DNA of 64,000 nt, from positions 1 through 64,000 of the forward strand of contig CAWVRN010000011.1 of the NCBI GenBank assembly GCA_963932905.1, read 5' to 3'. Positions 9,742-18,236 of this stretch are shown in pieces. The notes under the pieces are model-generated. The model was not told where the DNA came from, searched no databases, and saw nothing but the letters and a program-made list of their open reading frames with translations. The stretch's first letter is position 1; every line of letters starts with the position of its first letter. The position numbers and the translations under genes were made by a program. Source of the stretch: an uncultured Bdellovibrio sp. GTDB lineage: Bacteria > Bdellovibrionota > Bdellovibrionia > Bdellovibrionales > Bdellovibrionaceae.

Positions 9742-10349
9742 ACCACAAAAACAGAAGCACGATTGAGTACATTACTGAGGATGTCAGGGAACGATTGAAA
9801 AATAGGGACCCCGTATTGTTATCGCAGTTGTTCACTGAAGTGAATCCCTATCTGATTCGTGTCTGTGGAGCCAGTGGCGTTTATAAAGAACATGCCGATG
9901 AAGTCGTTCATGAAACGTGGCTGGTTTTTTTCGGTGGTTTAGATAAATATGAGGAGCGTTCAAAAATTAGAACCTATATTTGTGGAATTCTTTTCAACAA
10001 AATAAAAGAATTTCGACGAGCGCAAAATAGATTAGTTTTTGAAGAAGATTCCGCCGGCAGTATAGAAAAATCTTTTTCTCAGGACGGGTGGTGGAAGCGA
10101 GAGCCAACTGATCCACACAAAATATCGGAATTGAATCAGGCTTCGAAATTCATATCTGATTGTATGGATGGATTGAGTGAACAACAGAAAACCGCATTTA
10201 TCTTGCGCGAAGTTGACGATGAAAGTTCGGAAGATATTTGCAACACATTAGGAGTCAGTTTAGCCAATCTACGTGTACTTATTTTCAGAGCAAAGGATAA
10301 ACTAAAGCAGTGCCTAGAGGGAAAAATGGCAACGAAAGGAGTTCCATAG
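9738..10349 (+). CDS. ECF RNA polymerase sigma factor
   Basis: Region 2 (ADEVVHETW...RSKIRTYICGILFNK) and region 4 (AFILREVD...EDICNTLG.S..N.RVLIFRAK.KL); ATGA overlap with upstream stop. Confidence 0.92.
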   Translation: MNHKNRSTIEYITEDVRERLKNRDPVLLSQLFTEVNPYLIRVCGASGVYKEHADEVVHETWLVFFGGLDKYEERSKIRTYICGILFNKIKEFRRAQNRLVFEEDSAGSIEKSFSQDGWWKREPTDPHKISELNQASKFISDCMDGLSEQQKTAFILREVDDESSEDICNTLGVSLANLRVLIFRAKDKLKQCLEGKMATKGVP

Positions 10350-10678
10350 TGAGAGACTTTTTTACAAACTGTATTCGGTTGGTATGGCATGCCCTCTACT
10401 ATGGTTTAACATTCAAACCAGGCGTTGAGTTTGCCTTAAGATGTAAAGAGGCCACTGAGAAGATAGATTTGCCGGATCAGGTGCGCACTCCCCGCGAGGA
10501 ATTCCGATTGAAATTACATTTAAGTCTATGTCAAGCCTGTCATGGCTATTACAAGACGACTGTCATTTTAAGAGCCGCCGTCAGACAGCGTTGGAACAAA
10601 TACACCCGTTCTGAAACAGAGATGGAAAATTTAAATCAGAAACTGTTAAGTAGCTTCAGCAAGCCAATAGTTAAATGA
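10349..10678 (+). CDS. Zinc-binding anti-sigma factor (ZAS)
   Basis: C...(CKEAT)...HLSLCQAC matches the HxxxCxxC ZAS motif; GTG start overlaps the sigma stop codon. Confidence 0.8.
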   Translation: MRDFFTNCIRLVWHALYYGLTFKPGVEFALRCKEATEKIDLPDQVRTPREEFRLKLHLSLCQACHGYYKTTVILRAAVRQRWNKYTRSETEMENLNQKLLSSFSKPIVK

Positions 10679-10712
10679 TGAGATCACACTTATTGCGATA
10701 ATTACCTTTTAT

Positions 10713-11960
10713 TCAGAACACCTTTGGCGTCAATCGATGCGTCAGTAGAAAGCCGCCGTCGTAAATAATGTATCCGTCTTTATCGCGGTTAGGTGATTCC
10801 ATAAGTTTGTTAAACAAATTGTCATCGACAATTTTTCCAGTAGGTACCTTGCCACCCCAGCTGGCGATAATCGAGACTTTTTGTTCTGTTGTATACGTTG
10901 AGGGGTATGGTTTTCCAGCTAAGTCGGGCGAAAAGGGCAGATTATAGAAGTTGTTAAAATTATTTCCGCCGAGGTAAATGGCATTGGACCCCTCATCGCC
11001 GCGGTTTCTTGAGCTGGCCAAATGTGTATTTTTAAAATAAACCCAATCACCGGGAACAAAATTAAATTTAGATACTTCGATAGTGGCGTCTAGGAATTTA
11101 CCTTCCATTCTGGATAGTTCGGCTTGTGTGGTGTCTCTGAAATCTTTCCAAATATAACCCGGTTCTGGATCTTGCAATGGTTCGCCGTAAGCGAACAACG
11201 ATTCGATTGCTTTCTTCAGTTTGATTTCATCAGGGCGAATGCGTGTGTAGTAATCTGTAATTCCATGAAGCATGGAAATTTTAGCAGCAGTTAAGCAGCC
11301 CATTCGATATCCACGGCTTGTGAAAATATCGTGGATAGCTTGAACAGCGATGGGTCCATATTTACTAGGATCTGTTTTCCATTTCGAATAGTCTTTCCAA
11401 TAAACTGGATTAAATGCCGCTGGATTTTTACCAGGAAAAATGAATTGTTTTTTCTCGATCCACGCCACGATATTTTGTCTGATTCCAATGTGGTCTTTGA
11501 AATTTTGAATATCACAGCCTTCATTTTTAAATTCTGTCAGACGGCCATGTTGCAAGAGCGATAAAACGATTTCTTTTTTTGAAACGACGGGTTTGTCTTT
11601 TGAATTAATGGGTAAGCGAATCCAATCGGGCTTGATGTTATATTCGGGTCTTTGACTTAATTTCAAAGTGTTGTGATCATCGGCCGGAGTCGATAGTACG
11701 AATCCCAATTGATCACCTGAACCTGAAAAATAGAGAGAGTAATGTTGTCGACTGATTTGCAGTTCGTCGAAATATTCAATTATTTGTTTGAACAATATCT
11801 GGTTTGTGGATCTGCCGCAGGTGAATAATACTCCATCTTTAAAAGACCTAGGGGCAGCGCCAGCAGTATGGAACTGAAATAGGATAAATACGGCAGCAAG
11901 GGCTTTGGCAAATATTAGGGGACGACTCATGGATAGACCAATGTCCAAGTTCTGGGCCAA
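10713..11960 (-). CDS. Secreted Tgl-like protein-glutamine gamma-glutamyltransferase (transglutaminase)
   Basis: Y.MGCLTA, PGDWVYFKN and EGSNAIYLG resemble Bacillus Tgl motifs; signal peptide from Met at 11930. Confidence 0.7.
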   Translation of the reverse strand: MAQNLDIGLSMSRPLIFAKALAAVFILFQFHTAGAAPRSFKDGVLFTCGRSTNQILFKQIIEYFDELQISRQHYSLYFSGSGDQLGFVLSTPADDHNTLKLSQRPEYNIKPDWIRLPINSKDKPVVSKKEIVLSLLQHGRLTEFKNEGCDIQNFKDHIGIRQNIVAWIEKKQFIFPGKNPAAFNPVYWKDYSKWKTDPSKYGPIAVQAIHDIFTSRGYRMGCLTAAKISMLHGITDYYTRIRPDEIKLKKAIESLFAYGEPLQDPEPGYIWKDFRDTTQAELSRMEGKFLDATIEVSKFNFVPGDWVYFKNTHLASSRNRGDEGSNAIYLGGNNFNNFYNLPFSPDLAGKPYPSTYTTEQKVSIIASWGGKVPTGKIVDDNLFNKLMESPNRDKDGYIIYDGGFLLTHRLTPKVF

Positions 11961-12168
11961 GGCTACTTGGCCTCAATTCTACTAAAAAGCCTTATAGACA
12001 GATGGATCTCGCCAATGACAATTTATGAATACAGCTGAATACCCAAGCTTGCTCTTTTTAATTATTTGGAGTTTTTAAAGGGCATTAAATCGATTTAGCT
12101 GCTGTATTTGGGTTGTAAAATCGTCATCTCGTTTGCAGTAGGTTTTAAAGTCTAATTTAGGAGATTTT

Positions 12169-14625
12169 ATGAGCTATCACTCGAAAGCTACGATTGCTAT
12201 TTTGGTTTTTTCTTTGTCATTTAATGCTGCCTACGCAGGACCATTATGTATAGAGGTGTATTCCCAAAACATTAGAGACGCCAAGCCAATCGAAGTTCCT
12301 GGATTGGGTGGAGCGATCTTTAAAGGTGGTTGGAAAGGTTATGAAAAAAGAAAGCAAATTATTCGTAGCAATCAAGCTTTAGAAACAGCTAAGGCAAATT
12401 TGCAGAAACGAAGTACTTTACAAGCTAGTGAGCTGACGATTTTAATTGCTGATAGTGTGGCAAAGGTATCTCCCCAGTTTCAAACTAAACTAAATTCAGA
12501 AGTCGAGCCATTCACGAAAATGATTGAAAAAGCAACTTCAGAGGCCGCAGTGACCGTGTTGGTTAATAAAGCAAGACAAAAACACGACGGTATAGTTTCA
12601 GAAAACAAATCTGTTGGTGAAGTCGCCAAACAGGCTCGAATCGATTTTGTTGCCAAATTAGAAAGTGTACCACGTTATAAACATAAAGACACCGTGGAGC
12701 CCATCAATCAATTACTTGCTAAAATTGCAGGAGCTGGCTCTGGCGAAATAGCAAAAAAAATGGCTACTGATGGTATGTCCGAACTTAGCCGAAAAATGGT
12801 GGAATTTTCTGAAAAAGAATCTGTTCGTAAAGTGGCCGAAAAACGGTTGGGTGAACAGGATTTGCAAAACGCTGAATTGGTTATGAATGGCTATGTGGAG
12901 TCGATTAGAAGAATCGATCCTGCCTTTGAAAACTTGTCCCAGCAAGCTTTGGGGTCTTTAAACATTCTAAAGGTGAGCCCAGAATTTAGAAAATTCATTT
13001 ACAACGAAATGCAATTTTTGCGTCGTGCACAGCGTTTTGGAATTCAAAATCGTACTGCAAGTCTTGAGCTAAGAATCAGGAACAATTTAGAAATTCAAAG
13101 ACAGTATGAGGTTAGTTACTCGTCAAATCCGGCCGCTGCAGAATCGGCATTGAAAATGAAATTGGCGCTTCGATCGAAAATTAAGGAACTTTTTTCACCG
13201 GCTAAGATCAGTGTTATCAATGAAGATTTTCGTCATTTAAAATTAAATCACGATGTTCGCGAGAATATTTTGAAAGATTCGATCCGCCAACCCGAGTTGT
13301 TAGCGACGTTGCTGACATTAACGATGAAATACCCCGAACTACCTGCCGAACCAGTGAAGCCTTCGGCACCAGTGAAGCCCAATCTCTACACTAAAAGGGA
13401 TTTTAGAGGTAAATCTCCCTCTACAATTAAGACAATGGTTGCGTCTATGAAGCGCGATATAGCGAAGTTTTCAGAACAAGCCAAAGCCTATCCAGGAAAA
13501 ATTTCGGCTTATTCTGAAGCTAAAGCTGCTCACAAAATCAAAGTAAAAGAAGTGATGCAGCTTCAACATCGAATCAAAACTGCCCGCGCCAGTTTTGCAT
13601 CTTATTTGTCATTAACGGCTCCGCAAATTTTCAATGGTAAAGCGGCAATGGTGCAACAGGCTCAGGCGAAAAATAAAATTGGTCGTCAAGTTCAACATAA
13701 CATCAAATCGCTTTCGAAAGCTAACTACCAGCGTTTAGTTGATAGATACCCACAATATTCAAATCGTTTTTCGCGTTATAGAAATGAATCTAGTTCCGTA
13801 TTTCAAGGGGACAATATGTCCTTCTTTGATATTTGGTTGATGGCATCCATTACTAACAATCCTATGTGGTTTATTTCACCGACGTTCGCAAGAGTTCAAC
13901 TATTTATAGATTTGATGTCCAACGGCACCATAGATCACAACCATCCTGAACGTGATCCTGTTGTCAGCGGTTATATTGCCGATGTGAATCTGCAGCACCC
14001 TAACGATCAAATTCAAATAGATACGAGTCCAAATGGAATCAAAGAACGCTATGAAGAAATTCGTCAAGCTCATGCAGAAGAAGTGAATTCAGCCACAAGG
14101 GCCGAGGCTCAGCTACTTACATTCGACACAGCAATCATCGACAATCAATCAAAACATCCTGTTGTTGAGCAAATTGATCCTTTGTTGCGTGAGGAAACCA
14201 TCAATGAATTGGATAGTGCCGATGCGCTTTTAAAAGATGTTCGCAGCCAGGAAGAAATTGAAGCCAATTTGCGTGCGGCTGATCAAGATGCTATAGAGGC
14301 TCAACGCATTCAAGAGGAAGCCGACTTAGCGGCCCGTGAAGCGGAACAAGCACAACGAGAAGCTGAACAGGCCGAACGTGAAGCACAGCAAGCCCAACAA
14401 GAAGCCGAGCAAGCGCAACGGGAAGCAGAACAAGCAGCTCGAGAAGCCGAGCAAGCCCAACAAGAAGCAGAACAAGCACAACGAGAAGCCGAACAGGCAC
14501 AACGCGAAGCGGAGCAAGCAGCTCGAGATGCCCAGGAAGCTGCCGACCAAGCAGCTAGGGATGCACAAGCCGCAGCCGATTCAGCTGCCTCAGAATCCTA
14601 TTCATCCTCAAACAATGATTACTAG
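12169..14625 (+). CDS. Secreted helical protein with C-terminal heptad-repeat tail
   Basis: 818-aa ORF, AGGAG RBS, signal peptide, EAEQAQR repeats and Ser-rich end; no recognisable family. Confidence 0.8.
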   Translation: MSYHSKATIAILVFSLSFNAAYAGPLCIEVYSQNIRDAKPIEVPGLGGAIFKGGWKGYEKRKQIIRSNQALETAKANLQKRSTLQASELTILIADSVAKVSPQFQTKLNSEVEPFTKMIEKATSEAAVTVLVNKARQKHDGIVSENKSVGEVAKQARIDFVAKLESVPRYKHKDTVEPINQLLAKIAGAGSGEIAKKMATDGMSELSRKMVEFSEKESVRKVAEKRLGEQDLQNAELVMNGYVESIRRIDPAFENLSQQALGSLNILKVSPEFRKFIYNEMQFLRRAQRFGIQNRTASLELRIRNNLEIQRQYEVSYSSNPAAAESALKMKLALRSKIKELFSPAKISVINEDFRHLKLNHDVRENILKDSIRQPELLATLLTLTMKYPELPAEPVKPSAPVKPNLYTKRDFRGKSPSTIKTMVASMKRDIAKFSEQAKAYPGKISAYSEAKAAHKIKVKEVMQLQHRIKTARASFASYLSLTAPQIFNGKAAMVQQAQAKNKIGRQVQHNIKSLSKANYQRLVDRYPQYSNRFSRYRNESSSVFQGDNMSFFDIWLMASITNNPMWFISPTFARVQLFIDLMSNGTIDHNHPERDPVVSGYIADVNLQHPNDQIQIDTSPNGIKERYEEIRQAHAEEVNSATRAEAQLLTFDTAIIDNQSKHPVVEQIDPLLREETINELDSADALLKDVRSQEEIEANLRAADQDAIEAQRIQEEADLAAREAEQAQREAEQAEREAQQAQQEAEQAQREAEQAAREAEQAQQEAEQAQREAEQAQREAEQAARDAQEAADQAARDAQAAADSAASESYSSSNNDY
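14317..14526 (+). repeat. Intragenic 21-bp tandem repeat, ~10 degenerate units encoding EAEQA(Q/A/E)(R/Q)
   Basis: Directly visible units such as gaagcggaacaagcacaacga and gaagcagaacaagcacaacga with synonymous variation. Confidence 0.9.
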
Positions 14626-14661
14626 GAGGGTTAGAGGTAGCCTTATATTAAGTCTATGATG

Positions 14662-15069
14662 CTACCTGCTACGAATCAAAGCACAAAGCTCATCACAGCG
14701 TTCATTGAACTTGTTCCCATTGTGGGCTTTTATCCAGCGCCAATTGATCCTATGTATCTGAGTCAATGGAACAAGGCGATCGATTTGAGATTGAAAAGAG
14801 GCATGGGCTGTTCCGGAAATCATGGCGTCGACCAGTATTTTTGAGTCGGTAAACAAAGTTACATTTGATCCCGGTGGAATTGATCGCAAGGCTTCGATCG
14901 CCGCCTGAAATTCCATAGCGTTACTGCTAGCGCGTAGAACGCGTCCTGAATTTTCAACAAGACATCGTCCACGACGGGAAATGACATACGCCCAGCTTCC
15001 GACGCCATCTTTGCTGCTGCCGTCAGTGTAAATATCAAGTCTGAAGAAGCGTTGAAAAAAAATGAACAT
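14662..15069 (-). CDS. rnhA: Ribonuclease HI
   Basis: YTDGS, N.ME..A, TDS, W.W.KAH.G...NERCD.L motifs. Confidence 0.9.
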   Translation of the reverse strand: MFIFFQRFFRLDIYTDGSSKDGVGSWAYVISRRGRCLVENSGRVLRASSNAMEFQAAIEALRSIPPGSNVTLFTDSKILVDAMISGTAHASFQSQIDRLVPLTQIHRINWRWIKAHNGNKFNERCDELCALIRSR

Positions 15070-15074
15070 GAAAG

Positions 15075-15629
15075 TTAGCTCGTTAGTTTTTGATACAGTT
15101 TAAGACCTATCCACGCGTCGGTGGCGGCGTAAAGGATTTGCTCGGGTGACAGCACTTTTACTTCCCAATTAGAAATTTTTGCTTTCTTTGATAGACTAGA
15201 TTGCAAGACTTCTTCGGTCATTCCACGTAGTCCCATATTTTTGAGACCTTTTTCTTTGGCTACAGTTTGCAGCTCGATAAAATTTTCTGGAATGAATTTG
15301 AAGGTCTTTTGTAGTGTTTTTAAATCATCGCGAATAGCGACGCCCACTTTGGGAATGTTTGGATTTTCCAAAATTCGGGCGATGGGTTCGAAGTTTTGTA
15401 TACCATGCAGGCGAATCAGATAGGCATCCATTTCCGTTGCGAGCTGAAGAAGCGCGACTTTGTAAACTTCACCAACCTTGAAGCTGGCTCTTGTTTCTGT
15501 GTCGAATCCCAAAATATGAGCCGATTGTAGGCTAGAGATTGCGGTCGCCAGCTCCTGATCGTTAGTGATTAGGTGTATTTTTCCAGTGAAATTAATTCTT
15601 GGGTAAGTGATTTTGGGTTGTGCGTCCAT
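15075..15629 (-). CDS. DnaQ-superfamily 3'-5' exonuclease (RNase D/WRN-like)
   Basis: GFDTE, LLQLA, KVGV.I.DD, SNWE...LS..QI.YAATDA motifs. Confidence 0.92.
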   Translation of the reverse strand: MDAQPKITYPRINFTGKIHLITNDQELATAISSLQSAHILGFDTETRASFKVGEVYKVALLQLATEMDAYLIRLHGIQNFEPIARILENPNIPKVGVAIRDDLKTLQKTFKFIPENFIELQTVAKEKGLKNMGLRGMTEEVLQSSLSKKAKISNWEVKVLSPEQILYAATDAWIGLKLYQKLTS

Positions 15630-15753
15630 GCTTGAGTTTTACTATAATCGGAAGTGGGCTTTGCCCACAACAATTCTTATCTATCTTCTTTCAAAAAAAC
15701 GCCTGTCCTGGTATAGACTTAGCACGCCAAAAAGCGGCGTATGTGAGGCCCCA

Positions 15754-16992
15754 TTGAAATTTGATAAGTTTTTTCTATCTGATGATCTTTTGCGTAATTT
15801 GAACGACAATGGATTTTTCCGTACCACCGATATTCAATTTAAAGCGATTCCTTCCATAATGAAGGGGGAAGACGTATTGGCCATTGCGCAGACGGGTACG
15901 GGTAAAACAGCGGCTTTTGCGATTCCGATTATTAATGCCATTCATGTGCAAAAAACCAGTAAACGATCGATAGGCGTTAAGTGTTTAGTGATGGTGCCGA
16001 CGCGCGAGTTAGCTCAACAAATTGGTGAAGTGTTTAATATGTTATGCAAGCACACCAAGGTAAAAGCCTTTGCGGTATACGGCGGCGTGGAACATGATCG
16101 TCAAATTGAAAAATTGCAAGACGGCCTTGATATCGTAATTGCGACCCCGGGACGCATGGCTGATTTGATTCATCACGGACATCTGGATCTGCGTTATGTG
16201 AATATTCTGGTATTGGATGAAGCGGACCGTATGCTTGATTTAGGCTTTATCGACGAAGTTAAAATTATTAAACGCAAACTGGTGCAGCGTCATCAAACAT
16301 TGTTCTTTTCTGCGACGATCAATCCTGAAATTAAAAAACTGGCGTATTCGCAAGTGAATTCAAATGCGATCAGAATTCAGATTGCTCCGGAAGATCCTAT
16401 TTCAAAGAATGTAACTCATTTTGTGATGTTTGTTGAAACCGATGATAAACGTTTTTTCTTGGCTGAATATTTGAATCAAAACCCGGACGGGAAATTTGTT
16501 ATTTTCGTACGCACGCGCGTACGCGCAGAACGCGTGGCTAATGCCTTAGCGAAGGCTGGCATCAATGCACTCACTATTCATGGTGATAAAGAACAACAAG
16601 AGCGCAGTGATGTGATGAAACAGTTTCGCGCGAATGAAAGTCGTATCCTAATTGCTACAGATATTAGTGCACGCGGTATTGATATCAACGATGTAACCCA
16701 CGTAATTAATTACGATCTTCCTGAAAAACCAGAAAACTATGTTCACCGCATCGGTCGTACAGGACGGGGAATGAACAAAGGCATAGCCGTTTCCTTCTGC
16801 AGCAAAGAAGAAAAACCACTTTTGGAAGAAATAGAAAAACTCATTGGTAAAGAAATCACCGTATTCAATGTCAGTAAGAATGAATACAAAACTGTGATTG
16901 CAGCTCCTCCGAAAAAGGAAATGAACTTTCAGGAATTGATCGAGTATGAAGAGAGCCTAATGCAACCGAGACGGAAGAAGAAGCGGAAGTAG
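15754..16992 (+). CDS. DEAD-box RNA helicase (RhlE-like)
   Basis: Q motif, AQTGTGKT, PTRELA, TPGR, DEAD, SAT, ARGID, HRIGRTGR; likely TTG start at 15754 after GAGG. Confidence 0.95.
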   Translation: MKFDKFFLSDDLLRNLNDNGFFRTTDIQFKAIPSIMKGEDVLAIAQTGTGKTAAFAIPIINAIHVQKTSKRSIGVKCLVMVPTRELAQQIGEVFNMLCKHTKVKAFAVYGGVEHDRQIEKLQDGLDIVIATPGRMADLIHHGHLDLRYVNILVLDEADRMLDLGFIDEVKIIKRKLVQRHQTLFFSATINPEIKKLAYSQVNSNAIRIQIAPEDPISKNVTHFVMFVETDDKRFFLAEYLNQNPDGKFVIFVRTRVRAERVANALAKAGINALTIHGDKEQQERSDVMKQFRANESRILIATDISARGIDINDVTHVINYDLPEKPENYVHRIGRTGRGMNKGIAVSFCSKEEKPLLEEIEKLIGKEITVFNVSKNEYKTVIAAPPKKEMNFQELIEYEESLMQPRRKKKRK

Positions 16993-17216
16993 AAGTAGAA
17001 TTGAAAAACTGAAGTAGCTCATACTTTGACTCAAATAAAGACATGCGTTTCTAATGATGTATCATTTTGATTCGTAACTATTTGAAACACCTTTGAGTGA
17101 CCTGTGTAAAGTTTAATTGATAATACAAACTAGGCTAAAGTTTTATTTATATGTTTCTGGTTTTAGTCGACAATATTTCTATAGACGAATTGTTTGTGTA
17201 ATTAATTGAAACTAGT

Positions 17217-18236
17217 ATGAAATTTAAAAATCGCTCGAGAATTTTAGTCATTTTGTTTTGTTTACTTGGAATTACGATTCTAGGTATCGCTGACACGTAC
17301 ACCGTTAAACGTGGCGATTTTTTGTCAAAAATTCTTTATAAAAAAAAATTGACTCCAGTTTATGGAAAATTCGGAACGTTGCAAAAAGTCGTAGGTATAA
17401 ACAGTCAATTAAAGGCATCCAATGGAAATATTATTTATCCTGGAATGAGGTTAAACCTTAAAATTTCAGACGTCGCTCCTCCTATTGTTGTTACCGCAGA
17501 TCAAATCTCTGCTCCGACAAAACAGAGTGAACCCCTGGAAATATCAAAACGCACTCTTGCTAGCGACAATTTTTTAAGTCGCAGCGACATAAGTTTATAT
17601 GGGATAAGCGAATTTGTTCGGATTAAAGCATCTGATTCAGCAAGCGGTGCTAGTGCTACGCTTTTGTCTGATGCAGGCACTGGTTACAGATTTTCATGGG
17701 GACAAAATTGGACAGAAAACCTAAGATCTAGTTTGAGCTATCAATCCGTAACAATTGCTATACAAGACTCTTCCTCAACGACTAAATCCCTGACCAACAA
17801 AGTAAATACCCTTACTAGCTACGAAATTGGATTAGATTACAAGTATACTCCGAATTTAAAGTTTATTAATTCGTTAAGCTACAGTGAGAGTTTAGTAAGT
17901 CGTTCGGCGAATTCTTCAACGATCGCAATTGAAAAGTTTTTAACTCCCTCTCTATCCGCCGGCATAGAATATAGAATTCATCAAATAGACACCCTTTCGC
18001 TAAGAGCTTTTGCGACTTTAAGAGCTGTTTTTCCTTCTAAGCAAGAAAACTATGATTCTAAATTTGGCCTAGGTAAAAAAATTGGAATTGGCCTTAACGA
18101 TTCCTTGGGGACTTTTAAAATTGATGGCGAACTTTATTTTCAAAACACTGATTTGAAAATGGAAGGCGCCGGATATGATCAATCGAGCCTTGGAATAATG
18201 ATCGGAATTAAAAAAAAATTTGGTTTGTTTGAATGA
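17217..18236 (+). CDS. LysM-domain protein with probable C-terminal outer-membrane beta-barrel
   Basis: YTVKRGDFLSKI...N...IYPGMRL LysM; alternating amphipathic strands and aromatic-near C-terminus. Confidence 0.75.
   Translation: MKFKNRSRILVILFCLLGITILGIADTYTVKRGDFLSKILYKKKLTPVYGKFGTLQKVVGINSQLKASNGNIIYPGMRLNLKISDVAPPIVVTADQISAPTKQSEPLEISKRTLASDNFLSRSDISLYGISEFVRIKASDSASGASATLLSDAGTGYRFSWGQNWTENLRSSLSYQSVTIAIQDSSSTTKSLTNKVNTLTSYEIGLDYKYTPNLKFINSLSYSESLVSRSANSSTIAIEKFLTPSLSAGIEYRIHQIDTLSLRAFATLRAVFPSKQENYDSKFGLGKKIGIGLNDSLGTFKIDGELYFQNTDLKMEGAGYDQSSLGIMIGIKKKFGLFE

Noticed and set aside
14317..14580. Regular short repeats as a possible CRISPR array
   Set aside because: Units are contiguous 21-mers without unique spacers, vary at synonymous positions and lie in-frame within a CDS; no cas genes.
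14291..14659. Alternative-frame ORFs over the repeat (14291-14500, 14326-14568, 14336-14659)
   Set aside because: Shadow frames kept open by the low-complexity repeat.
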